Assembly: GCA_025359185.1 (NCBI GenBank)
Contig: JANYHF010000106.1
Coordinates: 4,795-68,794, forward strand
From: Hyphomicrobiaceae bacterium
GTDB lineage: Bacteria > Pseudomonadota > Alphaproteobacteria > Rhizobiales > Hyphomicrobiaceae
Length of the DNA: 64,000 bases
Direction: 5' to 3'
Positions within the stretch are counted from its first letter, which is position 1. The number at the start of each line of letters is the position of its first letter. Made by a program: the position numbers and the translations under genes. Of the stretch, positions 37,958 to 47,293 are shown one piece after another. The notes beneath the pieces were generated by a model, which searched no databases, had not been told where the DNA came from, and saw only the letters and a program-made list of their open reading frames with translations.

Positions 37958-39376
37958 ATGCCGACCCATTTTGATCTTGCCATCATTGGCGCCGGTTCCG
38001 GCGGTTTGTCGGTGGCGGCTGGAGCCTCCCAACTTGGCGCCAAGGTGCTGCTCATCGAAAAGCACAAAATGGGCGGCGACTGTCTCAATTATGGTTGCGT
38101 GCCATCCAAGGCGCTGATCGCAGCAGCCGAAGCCGCTCAGACCGTTCGCACCGCCGGGCAGTTCGGCGTCAACGGCCACGAACCGGCCATCGATTTTGCC
38201 AAAGTTAATGCCCACGTCCACAGTGTCATCGCAGCTATCGCTCCCAACGACTCGGTTGAGCGCTTCACCAAGCTGGGATGCACCGTCGTCGAGGCGGCGG
38301 CCCGGTTCCTCAGCCCCACCGAGATCGAGGCCAACGGCCAGCGCTACACCGCACGGCGCTTTGTGGTCGCCACGGGCTCGAAGGCGTTCGTGCCGCCCAT
38401 CGCGGGCATTAAGGACGTCAAAGCTTATACGAATGAAACAATCTTTGAGCTGACCGAAGCTCCCGCCCATCTGATCGTCATCGGCGGCGGTCCTATCGGT
38501 ATCGAAATGGCACAGGCCCACCGCCGCCTCGGCTGCAAGGTGACAGTGATCGAAGCCTTCAGCATCATGCCCAAGGACGATCCCGAGGCCGTTGCTGTCG
38601 TCCGTGAACGCCTGATCTCTGAGGGCCTCACCCTGATCGAAGGCGTCAAGGTCGAGGGCGTCGCGCAGGCCGGCAACGGCGTTGCCGTCGGCATCAACCG
38701 CGCGGGCAAATCCGAAACCATTTCCGGCACGCATCTGCTGGTCGCCGCCGGCCGCCGCCCCAATGTCAGCGATCTCGGACTTGACGCGGCGGGCATCACG
38801 TTTTCGCCAAAAGGTATCGAAGTTGATGCGCGGCTGCGCACGGCCAACAAGCGCGTGTTTGCCATTGGCGACGTGGCTGGCGGCTTCCAGTTCACCCACG
38901 TGGCCGGCTATCACGCGGGCATCGTCGTGCGCAACGCCCTCTTCAACGTGCCTGCCAAGGTCGATTATTCCGCCGTGCCTTGGGTGACGTATACGGACCC
39001 TGAATTGGCCCATGTTGGCAAAACGCTTGCCGAGGCGCAAAAGACCGGCGCCGCCACCACGGCCACCACCTGGCACCTGAGAGAAAACGACCGCGCCCAG
39101 GCCGAGCGCGCCACTGAGGGTTTTGTGAAAGTTGTCACCACCAAAGGCGGCCGCATTATTGGCGCGACGATTGTTGGCCGCCACGGCGGCGAGCTGATCC
39201 TGCCCTGGGTGATGGCCGTGCAGAAAAAACTGACCATGCGCGACATGACCGGCATCATTGCTCCGTACCCCACGCTTGGCGAGATTTCCAAACGTGCGGC
39301 GGGCGCCTATTTCGCACCCACATTGTTCAGTGAGCGGACCCGCGGCCTCGTGCGGTTCATGCAGCGCTGGACGTGA
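37958..39376 (+). CDS. class I pyridine nucleotide-disulfide oxidoreductase (dihydrolipoyl dehydrogenase / mercuric reductase-like family)
   Basis: FAD motif FDLAIIGAGSGG, redox-active disulfide GGDCLNYGCVPSK, NAD motif VIGGGPIGIEMAQ, and a C-terminal dimerisation domain (HAYPTLGE-like APYPTLGEI). Substrate not assignable. Confidence 0.9.
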   Translation: MPTHFDLAIIGAGSGGLSVAAGASQLGAKVLLIEKHKMGGDCLNYGCVPSKALIAAAEAAQTVRTAGQFGVNGHEPAIDFAKVNAHVHSVIAAIAPNDSVERFTKLGCTVVEAAARFLSPTEIEANGQRYTARRFVVATGSKAFVPPIAGIKDVKAYTNETIFELTEAPAHLIVIGGGPIGIEMAQAHRRLGCKVTVIEAFSIMPKDDPEAVAVVRERLISEGLTLIEGVKVEGVAQAGNGVAVGINRAGKSETISGTHLLVAAGRRPNVSDLGLDAAGITFSPKGIEVDARLRTANKRVFAIGDVAGGFQFTHVAGYHAGIVVRNALFNVPAKVDYSAVPWVTYTDPELAHVGKTLAEAQKTGAATTATTWHLRENDRAQAERATEGFVKVVTTKGGRIIGATIVGRHGGELILPWVMAVQKKLTMRDMTGIIAPYPTLGEISKRAAGAYFAPTLFSERTRGLVRFMQRWT

Positions 39377-39416
39377 GCGCGGCCCTCACGGCTCCCGCGC
39401 CGCACTATCGGCGTAG

Positions 39417-39435
39417 GGGCGACTGGCGGTCGCCC
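39417..39435. repeat. short GC hairpin GGGCGAC-TGGCG-GTCGCCC (same family as 4435-4457)
   Basis: Read directly, about 40 nt after the stop of 37958..39376. No U tract. Confidence 0.5.
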
Positions 39436-39535
39436 GCTGTCCACAGACATCACTGCCAGAGGGTTACCTCCCCGACCTCACGGCCAGACAAAAAAGTTGT
39501 CGATGGAAGGACACCGCCGCGCTAAGCAAGGCCGC

Positions 39536-40651
39536 ATGACCGCAGACAACGAATTTGAAATTTTCCTGGTGGCCTTGCCGGGCGTGGAGGCTGTGCTGTG
39601 TGCCGAGGCGCGCGCCAAAGGATTTGCGCAGGCGGTTGAGGTCAAGGGCGGCGTCACGCTCAAGGGGGGCTGGCCCGAGGTCTGGCGGGCCAATCTCGAA
39701 CTGCGTTGTGCTAGCCGGGTGCTGGCGCGCATCGGGCAATTCCGGGCGATGCATCTGGCCCAGCTCGACAAACGCGCGCGCAAACTGGCCTGGGGCGAGG
39801 TGCTGCGCAAAGATGTGCCGTTCCGCGTCGAGGCAAGCTGCACGGCGTCGCGCATCTATCATTCGGGCGCGGCGGCGCAGCGGATCGAACGGGCGATCAA
39901 GGAGGAACTGGGTGCGCCCGCCTCGCAAGATGCCGGCGTGTGCATCAAGGCACGCATCGATGATGATCTGTGTACAATTGGTATCGATACGTCGGGCGAA
40001 CCACTGCACAAGCGCGGCCACAAGCAGGCCGTCGCCAAAGCGCCGATGCGCGAGACTCTGGCCGCGTTCTTCCTCAGCCAATGCGGCTATGACGGCACCG
40101 GACCCGTTGTCGATCCCATGTGCGGGTCCGGCACATTCGTCATCGAGGCGGCGGAAATTGCCGCTGGCCTCAAGCCGGGGCGGTCGCGCAGCTTTGCCTT
40201 CGAGCAGTTTGCCAGCTTTGACGCGGCGGCTTGGACGCTGATGCGGGGGGCACAGACACGTGCGACGGTCACCAGCCGGTTTTACGGCAGTGACCATGAC
40301 GCGGGGGCGATCCGTATGGCAGAGGCCAATGCCGGGCGAGCGGGCGTCACCGGCTTGGTTGCCTTCCAGCAAATTGCCATCGAACATCTCGCCGCGCCTG
40401 ACGGGCCGCCCGGCCTTGTCATCCTCAACCCGCCCTATGGTGAGCGGATTGGCGACAGCCAAAGTCTGCAACCGCTCTACCGGTTCATCGGGCAAACGCT
40501 CCTCACCCGCTTCACCGGCTGGCGCGTTGGCCTGGTGACCAGCGACCCAGCGCTCGCCAAGGCAACAGGCCTGCCCTTCGCGCCTCCAAAGCCGCCCGTG
40601 TTGCACGGCGGCCTGCGCGTGATGCTGTTCACAGCCGGCCCACTGCGGTGA
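39536..40651 (+). CDS. THUMP domain-containing class I SAM-dependent RNA methyltransferase (COG0116-type)
   Basis: FEIFLVALPGVEAVLCAEA (N-terminal ferredoxin-like/THUMP region), SAM motif I DPMCGSGTFVIEAA, and catalytic motif IV NPPYGERIG. ATG 39536. Confidence 0.88.
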   Translation: MTADNEFEIFLVALPGVEAVLCAEARAKGFAQAVEVKGGVTLKGGWPEVWRANLELRCASRVLARIGQFRAMHLAQLDKRARKLAWGEVLRKDVPFRVEASCTASRIYHSGAAAQRIERAIKEELGAPASQDAGVCIKARIDDDLCTIGIDTSGEPLHKRGHKQAVAKAPMRETLAAFFLSQCGYDGTGPVVDPMCGSGTFVIEAAEIAAGLKPGRSRSFAFEQFASFDAAAWTLMRGAQTRATVTSRFYGSDHDAGAIRMAEANAGRAGVTGLVAFQQIAIEHLAAPDGPPGLVILNPPYGERIGDSQSLQPLYRFIGQTLLTRFTGWRVGLVTSDPALAKATGLPFAPPKPPVLHGGLRVMLFTAGPLR

Positions 40652-40937
40652 GGAACGGCTGGTACCTGCGCACAGCTTGCGTTTCCCCTCCGCCCGACAA
40701 GATTCTTGTCTTTGCGAAAGGGCGCGTGAGCCACAACTTGCGGTCGTCCACAGGCATCTTGCGGTTACCCACAATCCTCGACCGGGTTGCCCGAATTTGG
40801 CTAGAATTGACCAGCGTTATGCAGCTTGGCCGTGGAGAACGCCCAAGCGTGCTTGCGCCTCGGCTCTTCAGCCTTAAAGTCGCCGTTGTATCCGGCATCC
40901 CTGCCGGAAATCGCCCAAATATTGAAGAGGACGCCGA

Positions 40938-41435
40938 ATGGCTTCGACCCAGTTGAAACACGAGCGCGCTTCGAGCCCGATCGATCTCGTCGAAACCCTT
41001 GCGACCTCCAACGACTGGTCTTACGAGCGCAATTCCGAAGATGAACTGACCGTGACGGTGTCTGGGACGTGGTCGGATTATCATGTGTCGGTGAACTGGC
41101 GTGACGACCTGGAAGCGCTGCACGTGGCGTCCGCCTTCGACTGCAAAGTGCCGGAAGCGCGGCTGAACGAGATCTACCGGCTGATCGCGCAAATCAACGA
41201 GCAGCTCTGGATCGGCCATTTCGATCTCTGGCTGCATGAGGGGCTGCTGATGTACCGGCATGGGCTCTTGCTCAATGGCACGGTGGCGACGCCGCGCCAG
41301 TGCGAAGCGCTGATCCACTCCGCCATCGAGGCCTGCGAGCGCTATTATCAGGCGTTCCAATTTGTGGTCTGGGCCGGCAAAGAAGCCAAGGAAGCGCTGA
41401 CGAGCACGATGTTCGAGACGGAAGGCCGGGCGTAG
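40938..41435 (+). CDS. YbjN domain-containing protein
   Basis: 165 aa. IDLVETLATSNDWSYERNSEDELTVTVSG.WSDYHVSVNW and NEQLWIGHFDLW are typical of the alphaproteobacterial YbjN-like family. Confidence 0.8.
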   Translation: MASTQLKHERASSPIDLVETLATSNDWSYERNSEDELTVTVSGTWSDYHVSVNWRDDLEALHVASAFDCKVPEARLNEIYRLIAQINEQLWIGHFDLWLHEGLLMYRHGLLLNGTVATPRQCEALIHSAIEACERYYQAFQFVVWAGKEAKEALTSTMFETEGRA

Positions 41436-41583
41436 GGCGCGCGCCGGCTCACTCTTTGACCGGTTTGAGCGTACCGGCCTAGAACAGGCCGGACGTACCC
41501 GGCGGAATGTCAAACTCGTAGCGCACCGGCGTGGCTTCGGCTGCTATCTCGATCAGCCAAGTGCCAAATCGGGTGCATTGGAC

Positions 41584-41615
41584 CCTGGATGGCCGGGTCA
41601 AGCCCGGCCATGACG
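41584..41615. repeat. REP-like GC palindrome CCCTGGATGGCCGGGTCAAGCCCGGCCATGACG
   Basis: Same element as the inverted pair at 24778-24870. Internal stem GGCCGGG-TCAA-GCCCGGCC. Confidence 0.7.
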
Positions 41616-41766
41616 TCTGAATTGAATTGCCCTGCCGATTGGCCTGCCCCAAAATCGCGCTCCCTTGTCGAAATCCCGCAAACCAAGATAAGGTTAATAT
41701 GGCTGCATGACCCTGCGGCGGAGTCTTGCAAATTGGCACCGCCTCCCTGACGGACTGACTCCTTCC

Positions 41767-42798
41767 ATGGCCATGCTTTCTTCCTTCATTTGCGGCTGCG
41801 CAGGCGACTCCCTCACCGCCGATGAGTGGCGCTTTTTCCAGGATGCGCGGCCCTGCGGGCTCATCCTGTTCAAGCGCAACTGCCAGAACCCCGAACAGCT
41901 GAAGGCGCTGATCCACTCGTTCAAGGATGCGCTCGGCAGCGATGATCTCCTCATTATGGTGGATCAGGAGGGTGGGCGCGTGCAGCGGATGGCCCCGCCC
42001 AATTGGCGAAGACTGCCGCCTGCCGCCAGCTATGGCCAGCTTTACCGCGAGGACCGCGAGTTCGCCCTCACCGCCACGCGTGCTATCTTCCAGCTGATCG
42101 CCATGGACCTGCGCGCCATGGGCTTTAACTGCAACTGCGCGCCGGTGCTGGATCTGCCGGTGCCGGGCGCCGATATTGCCATTGGCGACCGCGCCTTTGG
42201 CCCCGATATCGGCATGATCGCCGCGCTTGGCCGGGCCGTCGCCGAGGGGCTGCTGGCGGGCGGCGTGCTGCCGGCCATGAAGCACCTGCCGGGCCACGGC
42301 CGCGCCATGCAGGACAGCCACAAATCGCTGCCGCAGGTCAACGCCTCCCTCGGCACGCTGGCCGAAACCGACTTTGCCCCGTTCCGGGCCCTCGCCGATC
42401 TGCCCATCGGCATGACCGCGCATATTCTCTTCACAGACATCGACCGCAACGGCCCCGCCACCACCTCGCGGCTGGTGGTCGACACGATCATCCGTGGACA
42501 GATCGGATTCGACGGCCTGCTGCTCAGCGACGACATGAGCATGAATGCGCTAGCCGGCACGCCCGGCGAACGCGCGCGGGCGGTGCTTGCGGCCGGCTGC
42601 GATCTGGCGCTGCACTGCAACGGCAAAATGGCCGAGATGGTGGACGTGGCCGGGTCAGCCGGGTTGCTGGAGGGCCGCAGCGAGGAACGTTTTCTTGCGG
42701 CGCTCGCCCGGCGCGGCGAGGCGGCGGGCGCGTTCGATGTGTCCGAGGCGCTGGAGGCGCTGGGAGAAGTGCTGGCGATGACGGGGACGGCGGGGTAG
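41767..42798 (+). CDS. nagZ: beta-N-acetylhexosaminidase
   Basis: GH3 blocks: GLILFKRNC, IMVDQEGGRVQRM, KHLPGHGRA..DSH, and the catalytic region LLLSDDMSM. Start set at ATG 41767 (MAMLSSFICGCAG...). Confidence 0.9.
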   Translation: MAMLSSFICGCAGDSLTADEWRFFQDARPCGLILFKRNCQNPEQLKALIHSFKDALGSDDLLIMVDQEGGRVQRMAPPNWRRLPPAASYGQLYREDREFALTATRAIFQLIAMDLRAMGFNCNCAPVLDLPVPGADIAIGDRAFGPDIGMIAALGRAVAEGLLAGGVLPAMKHLPGHGRAMQDSHKSLPQVNASLGTLAETDFAPFRALADLPIGMTAHILFTDIDRNGPATTSRLVVDTIIRGQIGFDGLLLSDDMSMNALAGTPGERARAVLAAGCDLALHCNGKMAEMVDVAGSAGLLEGRSEERFLAALARRGEAAGAFDVSEALEALGEVLAMTGTAG

Positions 42799-42889
42799 GA
42801 GGATTCCTGCAAGGGTCGTGGCTTTCACTGCCATGACAATGATTGCGGCGTCGACTCGCGTTTTGAATTCGTTCCGCTGGCGTTCCCCC

Positions 42890-43159
42890 TCACGCCGCCC
42901 GCGCCATCGCGGCCGGCTTCCGCGTCGCCGGCCGCCTTCCAAACGCCACCATCCGGCTATCGAACGCGCAATCGTCGGTCTGGCGGCGCAGCCATTTGAG
43001 GGCGTCCTCGGCGCAGCCGAACTGCCGGTTGGGTTGCATGACGCGATCGATATAGACTAGCCAGCCTTGGCTGTGGTGGAAGGTGGCGATCTGGCGGCCG
43101 TGATAGCTCTCGGATACGAAGCCGGGAATTTCATTGGCAGATTGGGACTGGGTGCTCAT
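42890..43159 (-). CDS. small hypothetical protein
   Basis: AGGAG lies 6 nt upstream of ATG 43157-43159 (MSTQSQSANEIPGFVSESYHGRQIATFHHSQGWLVYIDR...). No family recognised. Confidence 0.45.
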   Translation of the reverse strand: MSTQSQSANEIPGFVSESYHGRQIATFHHSQGWLVYIDRVMQPNRQFGCAEDALKWLRRQTDDCAFDSRMVAFGRRPATRKPAAMARAA

Positions 43160-43298
43160 AACCATCTCCTGAGGACGTTGCTAACCATGTGTCGCGGTCA
43201 GCCCGACGGGGGTTCAATGACGTGCGAGTGTTATCCGTTAGCCACCTCGACGGATTGATAACGCCAGACCACGGCACACAGACCGGCAAATTCCAGCT

Positions 43299-44180
43299 AT
43301 GATCGGCCAGGACAGAATCGCCGGCATGGGGCCGCCTAAGGACACGACGCAGATGGCAAGCCAGGATACCGGCATCACTGACCCCTTCGACGCTCCGTTT
43401 CTCCCTGGTCTGGAGCACCACCCGGACGCACTCATCGTCGATTTGGCTGGCTTTGAGGGCCCGCTCGACCTCCTTCTTGCCCTCGCACGCACACACAAGC
43501 TCGACCTCGCCCGGCTCTCCATGCGGGCGCTGGCGGACCAATATCTCGGCTTTATCGAGCGCGCCGCACCGCTGAACCTCGAAACCGCCACCAGCTATCT
43601 GGTGATGGCGGCCTGGCTCACCTATCTCAAGTCGCGGCTGCTGCTGCCAAGGGAGCCGGGCGAGGACGTCACGTCAGGCGAAGAGTTGGCCGAGCATCTG
43701 GCCTTCCGCCTCCAGCGCCTTGATGCCATGCGCGAGGCGGCTGCTCGGCTGATGGCGCGGGACCGGCTGGGGCGCTCGGTGTTCGGGCGCGGGTTGCCGG
43801 AACCGCTGCGGGTCGTGACGACCCAGACCTATGCCGTCAGCATGTATGACCTGCTGCGCGCCTATGCCGATCAGCGCAAACGCTCCGTTCAGAGCCACAT
43901 AACCGTAGCCCGAAGGCAGGTGTGGTCAATCAAGGAGGCGCGGGTGCGACTGGAGCGGTTGATCGGCGCGATCCCGGACTGGTCGGCGCTGGATGGACTG
44001 GTGGCGCAGTATGCCAGCCGGCCCGAGGACGTGAAGACAGTGACGGCGGCCTCGCTCGGCGCGGCGCTGGAGATGGCGCGCGACGGCAAGTTGGAGCTGC
44101 AACAGGCCGAACCCTATGCCAAGGTGTATGTGCGCCCGAAGTCGCACCTCAGGGTTGTGAACGCACTGGGCAAGGTGTGA
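43299..44180 (+). CDS. scpA: segregation and condensation protein A
   Basis: LIVDLAGFEGPLDLLLALARTHKLDLARLSMRALADQYLGFI is the ScpA kleisin N-terminal signature. Followed by scpB. Confidence 0.9.
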   Translation: MIGQDRIAGMGPPKDTTQMASQDTGITDPFDAPFLPGLEHHPDALIVDLAGFEGPLDLLLALARTHKLDLARLSMRALADQYLGFIERAAPLNLETATSYLVMAAWLTYLKSRLLLPREPGEDVTSGEELAEHLAFRLQRLDAMREAAARLMARDRLGRSVFGRGLPEPLRVVTTQTYAVSMYDLLRAYADQRKRSVQSHITVARRQVWSIKEARVRLERLIGAIPDWSALDGLVAQYASRPEDVKTVTAASLGAALEMARDGKLELQQAEPYAKVYVRPKSHLRVVNALGKV

Positions 44181-44233
44181 TCGCGGCGGCGGCCACTTGG
44201 CGGGGACGGCCTGGAGAGGTAAACTCAAACACC

Positions 44234-44911
44234 ATGTCAGAGCCGCTGAGGATCCTGGAAGCGCTGTTGTTTGCCGCCAGCGAACCGCTTGAGGTACGTC
44301 AGCTGTCGGCTGAGCTGCCGCCCGGTGCCAACGTGCCGGCGCTGCTGGGGGAACTCGGCCAATTCTATGCCGGGCGCGGCGTTGAGCTCGTGCAGGTGGC
44401 CGGCAAATGGGCCTTCCGCACGGCAGCGGACCTCGGATATCTGCTTGAAAAATCCGAGCATAAAGAAAAGCGCCTGAGCCGTGCGGCGCTCGAAACGCTG
44501 GCCATTCTGGCCTACCACCAGCCCGTCACGCGGTCAGAAATCGAGGACATTCGCGGCGTCGCCACCTCCAAGGGCATGCTGGATGTGCTGATGGAAACCG
44601 GCTGGATCCGCCTGCGTGGCCGCCGCCGGGCGCCGGGCCGCCCGGTGACTTATGGAACGACCGATGCCTTCCTTCAGCATTTTGGGCTGGACACGCTGGC
44701 CGATCTTCCAGGGGCCGCCGAACTGAAGGGCGCGGGGCTCCTTGATTCAAGCCTGCCACCGGGCTTCAAAGTGCCCGACCCGCTGTTGCTGGCGAGCCTG
44801 CAAGCCGATGAACTCCCCCTGGAAGCAGAACCGGAAGTGACGGCGACGGACGAACCGGAAGCCATTGACATCGAAGATACAAATGCCCCGCCCTCGGTGC
44901 GCACATCTTGA
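44234..44911 (+). CDS. scpB: segregation and condensation protein B
   Basis: ATG 44234. MSEPLRILEALLFAASEPL, LVQVAGKWAFRT, ALETLAILAYHQPVTRSEIEDIRGV. The track ORF (43922) overlaps scpA spuriously. Confidence 0.9.
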   Translation: MSEPLRILEALLFAASEPLEVRQLSAELPPGANVPALLGELGQFYAGRGVELVQVAGKWAFRTAADLGYLLEKSEHKEKRLSRAALETLAILAYHQPVTRSEIEDIRGVATSKGMLDVLMETGWIRLRGRRRAPGRPVTYGTTDAFLQHFGLDTLADLPGAAELKGAGLLDSSLPPGFKVPDPLLLASLQADELPLEAEPEVTATDEPEAIDIEDTNAPPSVRTS

Positions 44912-45152
44912 GCACGGAAGGGTCTGCCACCTGGGCCAGCACGTCGGGCAGCCGCCGGTGTCGATCTCGATGTGGCGCCGGGGCTTGCTCGGTCCCTCAG
45001 GCTGCGGAAAGACCACACTGCTGCGCATCGCCGCCGGCATCGAAAAACCCAGCCAGGTATTTCCGAAACCGGAGGCCGCGCGCGTCGCACTGGCCGCCCT
45101 CGACCGCGTCGGCCCCACCCGTTATGCGGAAAATTATCCGCACTCCGGGTCA
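44912..45152 (+). pseudogene. relic of an ABC transporter ATP-binding protein gene (internally deleted)
   Basis: The frame of ORF 44865..45239 reads ...VSISMWRRGLLGPSGCGKTTLLRIAAGIEKPSQ (Walker A region), joined directly to VF..PEAARVALAALDRVG..RYAENYPHSGS (the segment that normally precedes the LSGGQ signature). Q-loop, signature, Walker B and the rest are missing. Confidence 0.5.
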
Positions 45153-45343
45153 TATCCGGCCCATCTCTTAGCCACCCCGGCTTGCAGCTATGGCCCCTTT
45201 CTGCGATACGTGATAGCCATCAATGATGACAGGGAATGACCCGGTCCTGACTGCCCCAAGGCAGGCCAGCGCCATCATTCCGCAACAGTGGCCGGGCATG
45301 GCTCGCAAAACGCGAACGGCCACCTTGAACGAGGAGTTGTGTA

Positions 45344-45544
45344 ATGGGTGCGATGAGTATGTGGCACTGGCTGCTGGTGATCGGCGTGGTCGCCCTGCTG
45401 TTCGGTGGTGGCGGCAAGATTTCGTCGATCATGGGCGACGTCGCCAAGGGCATCAAGAGCTTCAAGAAGGGTATGACCGAGGATGACGACAAGCCCGTGG
45501 TGGCCGAGGCGCCGAAGGTGACCGATCGCGGCGAAAAGGTCTGA
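45344..45544 (+). CDS. tatA: twin-arginine translocase subunit TatA
   Basis: 66 aa. [38 protein letters not shown] is the canonical TatA/E TM plus amphipathic helix. Confidence 0.93.
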   Translation: MGAMSMWHWLLVIGVVALLFGGGGKISSIMGDVAKGIKSFKKGMTEDDDKPVVAEAPKVTDRGEKV

Positions 45545-45650
45545 TCACACGCGCCGCAGCCGGCCGTGTTCCGCTATCGTGATGTCCACGCTGGCGCTTT
45601 TAGGTCGTGCCGCTTTGTGATGCGAGCCTGCGACGGGTAATAAGACGACG

Positions 45651-46163
45651 ATGTTCGACCTCAGCTGGAGCCATTTGGGAATCTTCGCGTTGGCCGCGAT
45701 TGTCCTGGTCCCGACCAAGGATCTGCCCGCGCTGCTGCGCAATATCGGCCGCTATGTGGGCGATGCCAAAAAGATGGCGCGCGATTTCCGGTCACAAGTG
45801 GATGACGCCCTGAAGGACGCCGAACTTGCCGACATCAAGAATACGTTCGACACTGAAGTGAAGGGCATTGCGGCGTCAGCGTCGATGGCGGATACGGAAC
45901 GCTCGTTCAACGCCTCTATGACGTCGGCGATGGAGAAGGCGTCCGAGCCCGCCAATCCGCCCGGCCAGATTATCCCATCGGTTGCAACAGCACTGCCAAT
46001 TGAGGTCACGGCCGATGCGCCTGCGGCCAAAGCGGTGGCGGGCGCGAACGAACACCAGTCCAATTCGGACGGTATCGAAGTTGTTTCGGCGGGCCGCGGT
46101 TCGGTCGCCCAACGCGCAGCGGCAGCCTGGAAAAAGACCGCCGGCCACGAAAGCGGAGCCTGA
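45651..46163 (+). CDS. tatB: twin-arginine translocase subunit TatB
   Basis: MFDLSWSHLGIFALAAIVLVPTKDLPALLRNIGRYVG. Position between tatA and tatC. Confidence 0.9.
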   Translation: MFDLSWSHLGIFALAAIVLVPTKDLPALLRNIGRYVGDAKKMARDFRSQVDDALKDAELADIKNTFDTEVKGIAASASMADTERSFNASMTSAMEKASEPANPPGQIIPSVATALPIEVTADAPAAKAVAGANEHQSNSDGIEVVSAGRGSVAQRAAAAWKKTAGHESGA

Positions 46164-46169
46164 CCTCAC

Positions 46170-47099
46170 GTGGCGCAAGACATGACCAAGCTGCCGGTCC
46201 CGGGCGGCCCGATTGAGCCCGCCAAACCCAATGGTGGGCCCAATGGCGAGGATGAGGTGGAGGCGTCGAAAGCGCCGCTGCTCGATCACCTTGCCGAACT
46301 GCGCACGCGCACGTTGTGGGCCTGCGCGGCGATCCTTGCCATGTTCGTCCTCTGCTTTGCCTTTGCACGCACGATCTACAACATCCTGCTGGTGCCCTAT
46401 CAGCAGGCCGCCCGCAACGACACGGTGTTCGACCACCTCTACCGCTTCTTCGATCCGGCGCACGCCGCCCATAGTATGCCCGACACGCCCATCGAGATGA
46501 TCTATACGGGGCCATGGGATTTCTTCTTTGCCGAGATGACGCTTGCGTTTTTCGGCGCGATTTTCCTCGCCTTTCCGATCATCGCCACACAGATTTATAT
46601 GTTCGTCGCGCCCGGCCTGTATAAAAATGAAAAGCGTGCCTTCCTGCCCTACCTTTTCGCCACGCCCGTACTGTTCCTCCTGGGTGCCAGTCTGGTCTAT
46701 TTCCTCGCCATGCCGCTGGCGCTGAAGTTTTTCCTCTCCATGCAGCAGTCCGGCGCGTCGGGCGAAGTGAAAATCACGGCGCTGTTCACGGTGGAAAAAT
46801 ACCTGTCGATGGTCACGACGCTGATCATCGGCTTCGGCGTGATGTTTCAGCTGCCGGTGGTGCTCACTTTGCTCGCGCGCGCGGGTATGGTCACGGCCGA
46901 TTTCCTGCGCAAGGGCTGGCGCTACGCCTATGTTGGCATCGTCGGCGCGGCGGCGGTTCTGGCGCCGCCCGATCCCTTGAGCATGATTGGTATGGCGCTG
47001 CCGACGGTGCTGCTCTACGAAGGCTCAATCCTGGCCGTGCGCTATGTTGAGCAGCAGAACGCGATTGCGCAAGCCAAGCGGGATGCGGCGGGGACGTAG
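46170..47099 (+). CDS. tatC: twin-arginine translocase subunit TatC
   Basis: PLLDHLAELRTR..., six TM segments, APGLYKNEKR and FQLPVVLTLLARAG blocks. Start is GTG 46170 or ATG 46182. Confidence 0.92.
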   Translation: MAQDMTKLPVPGGPIEPAKPNGGPNGEDEVEASKAPLLDHLAELRTRTLWACAAILAMFVLCFAFARTIYNILLVPYQQAARNDTVFDHLYRFFDPAHAAHSMPDTPIEMIYTGPWDFFFAEMTLAFFGAIFLAFPIIATQIYMFVAPGLYKNEKRAFLPYLFATPVLFLLGASLVYFLAMPLALKFFLSMQQSGASGEVKITALFTVEKYLSMVTTLIIGFGVMFQLPVVLTLLARAGMVTADFLRKGWRYAYVGIVGAAAVLAPPDPLSMIGMALPTVLLYEGSILAVRYVEQQNAIAQAKRDAAGT

Positions 47100-47104
47100 G
47101 GACC

Positions 47105-47262
47105 GTCATCGCGTGCGCGGTGCAGCGCTCCTTCTGCGGTGCGCCGCAGACACCGGACCTTCGCTCGTTGGGCGTTTTTCTTGCAGCTCACGCCAATTCA
47201 CGGATAGTAGGTCCCGGATCAGCACTGCACCATGAAGTATGCTTCAGTGCATCCGGGATGAC
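47105..47262. repeat. composite MITE-like element: two ~53-bp palindromic units in inverted orientation
   Basis: Unit 1 (47105-47158) is GTCATCGCGTGCGCGGTGCAGCGCTCCTTCTGCGGTGCGCCGCAGACACCGGAC. Unit 2 (47211-47262) is GTCCCGGATCAGCACTGCACCATGAAGTATGCTTCAGTGCATCCGGGATGAC. The outer ends form inverted repeats (CGTCATC.CG / CGGGATGACG). A sister composite lies at 55019-55160. Confidence 0.75.
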
Positions 47263-47293
47263 GAAGTTTGCGGTTGATTTGTGAGACCCCTTC

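Noticed and set aside
37814-39184. 456-aa minus-strand ORF
   Set aside because: Antisense to the FAD/NAD disulfide oxidoreductase, which has canonical GxGxxG and CxxxxC motifs.
39464-40774. 436-aa minus-strand ORF
   Set aside because: Antisense to the THUMP methyltransferase (DPMCGSG, NPPY motifs).
41479-42423. 314-aa minus-strand ORF
   Set aside because: Antisense to nagZ, and its 5' part runs through a REP element.
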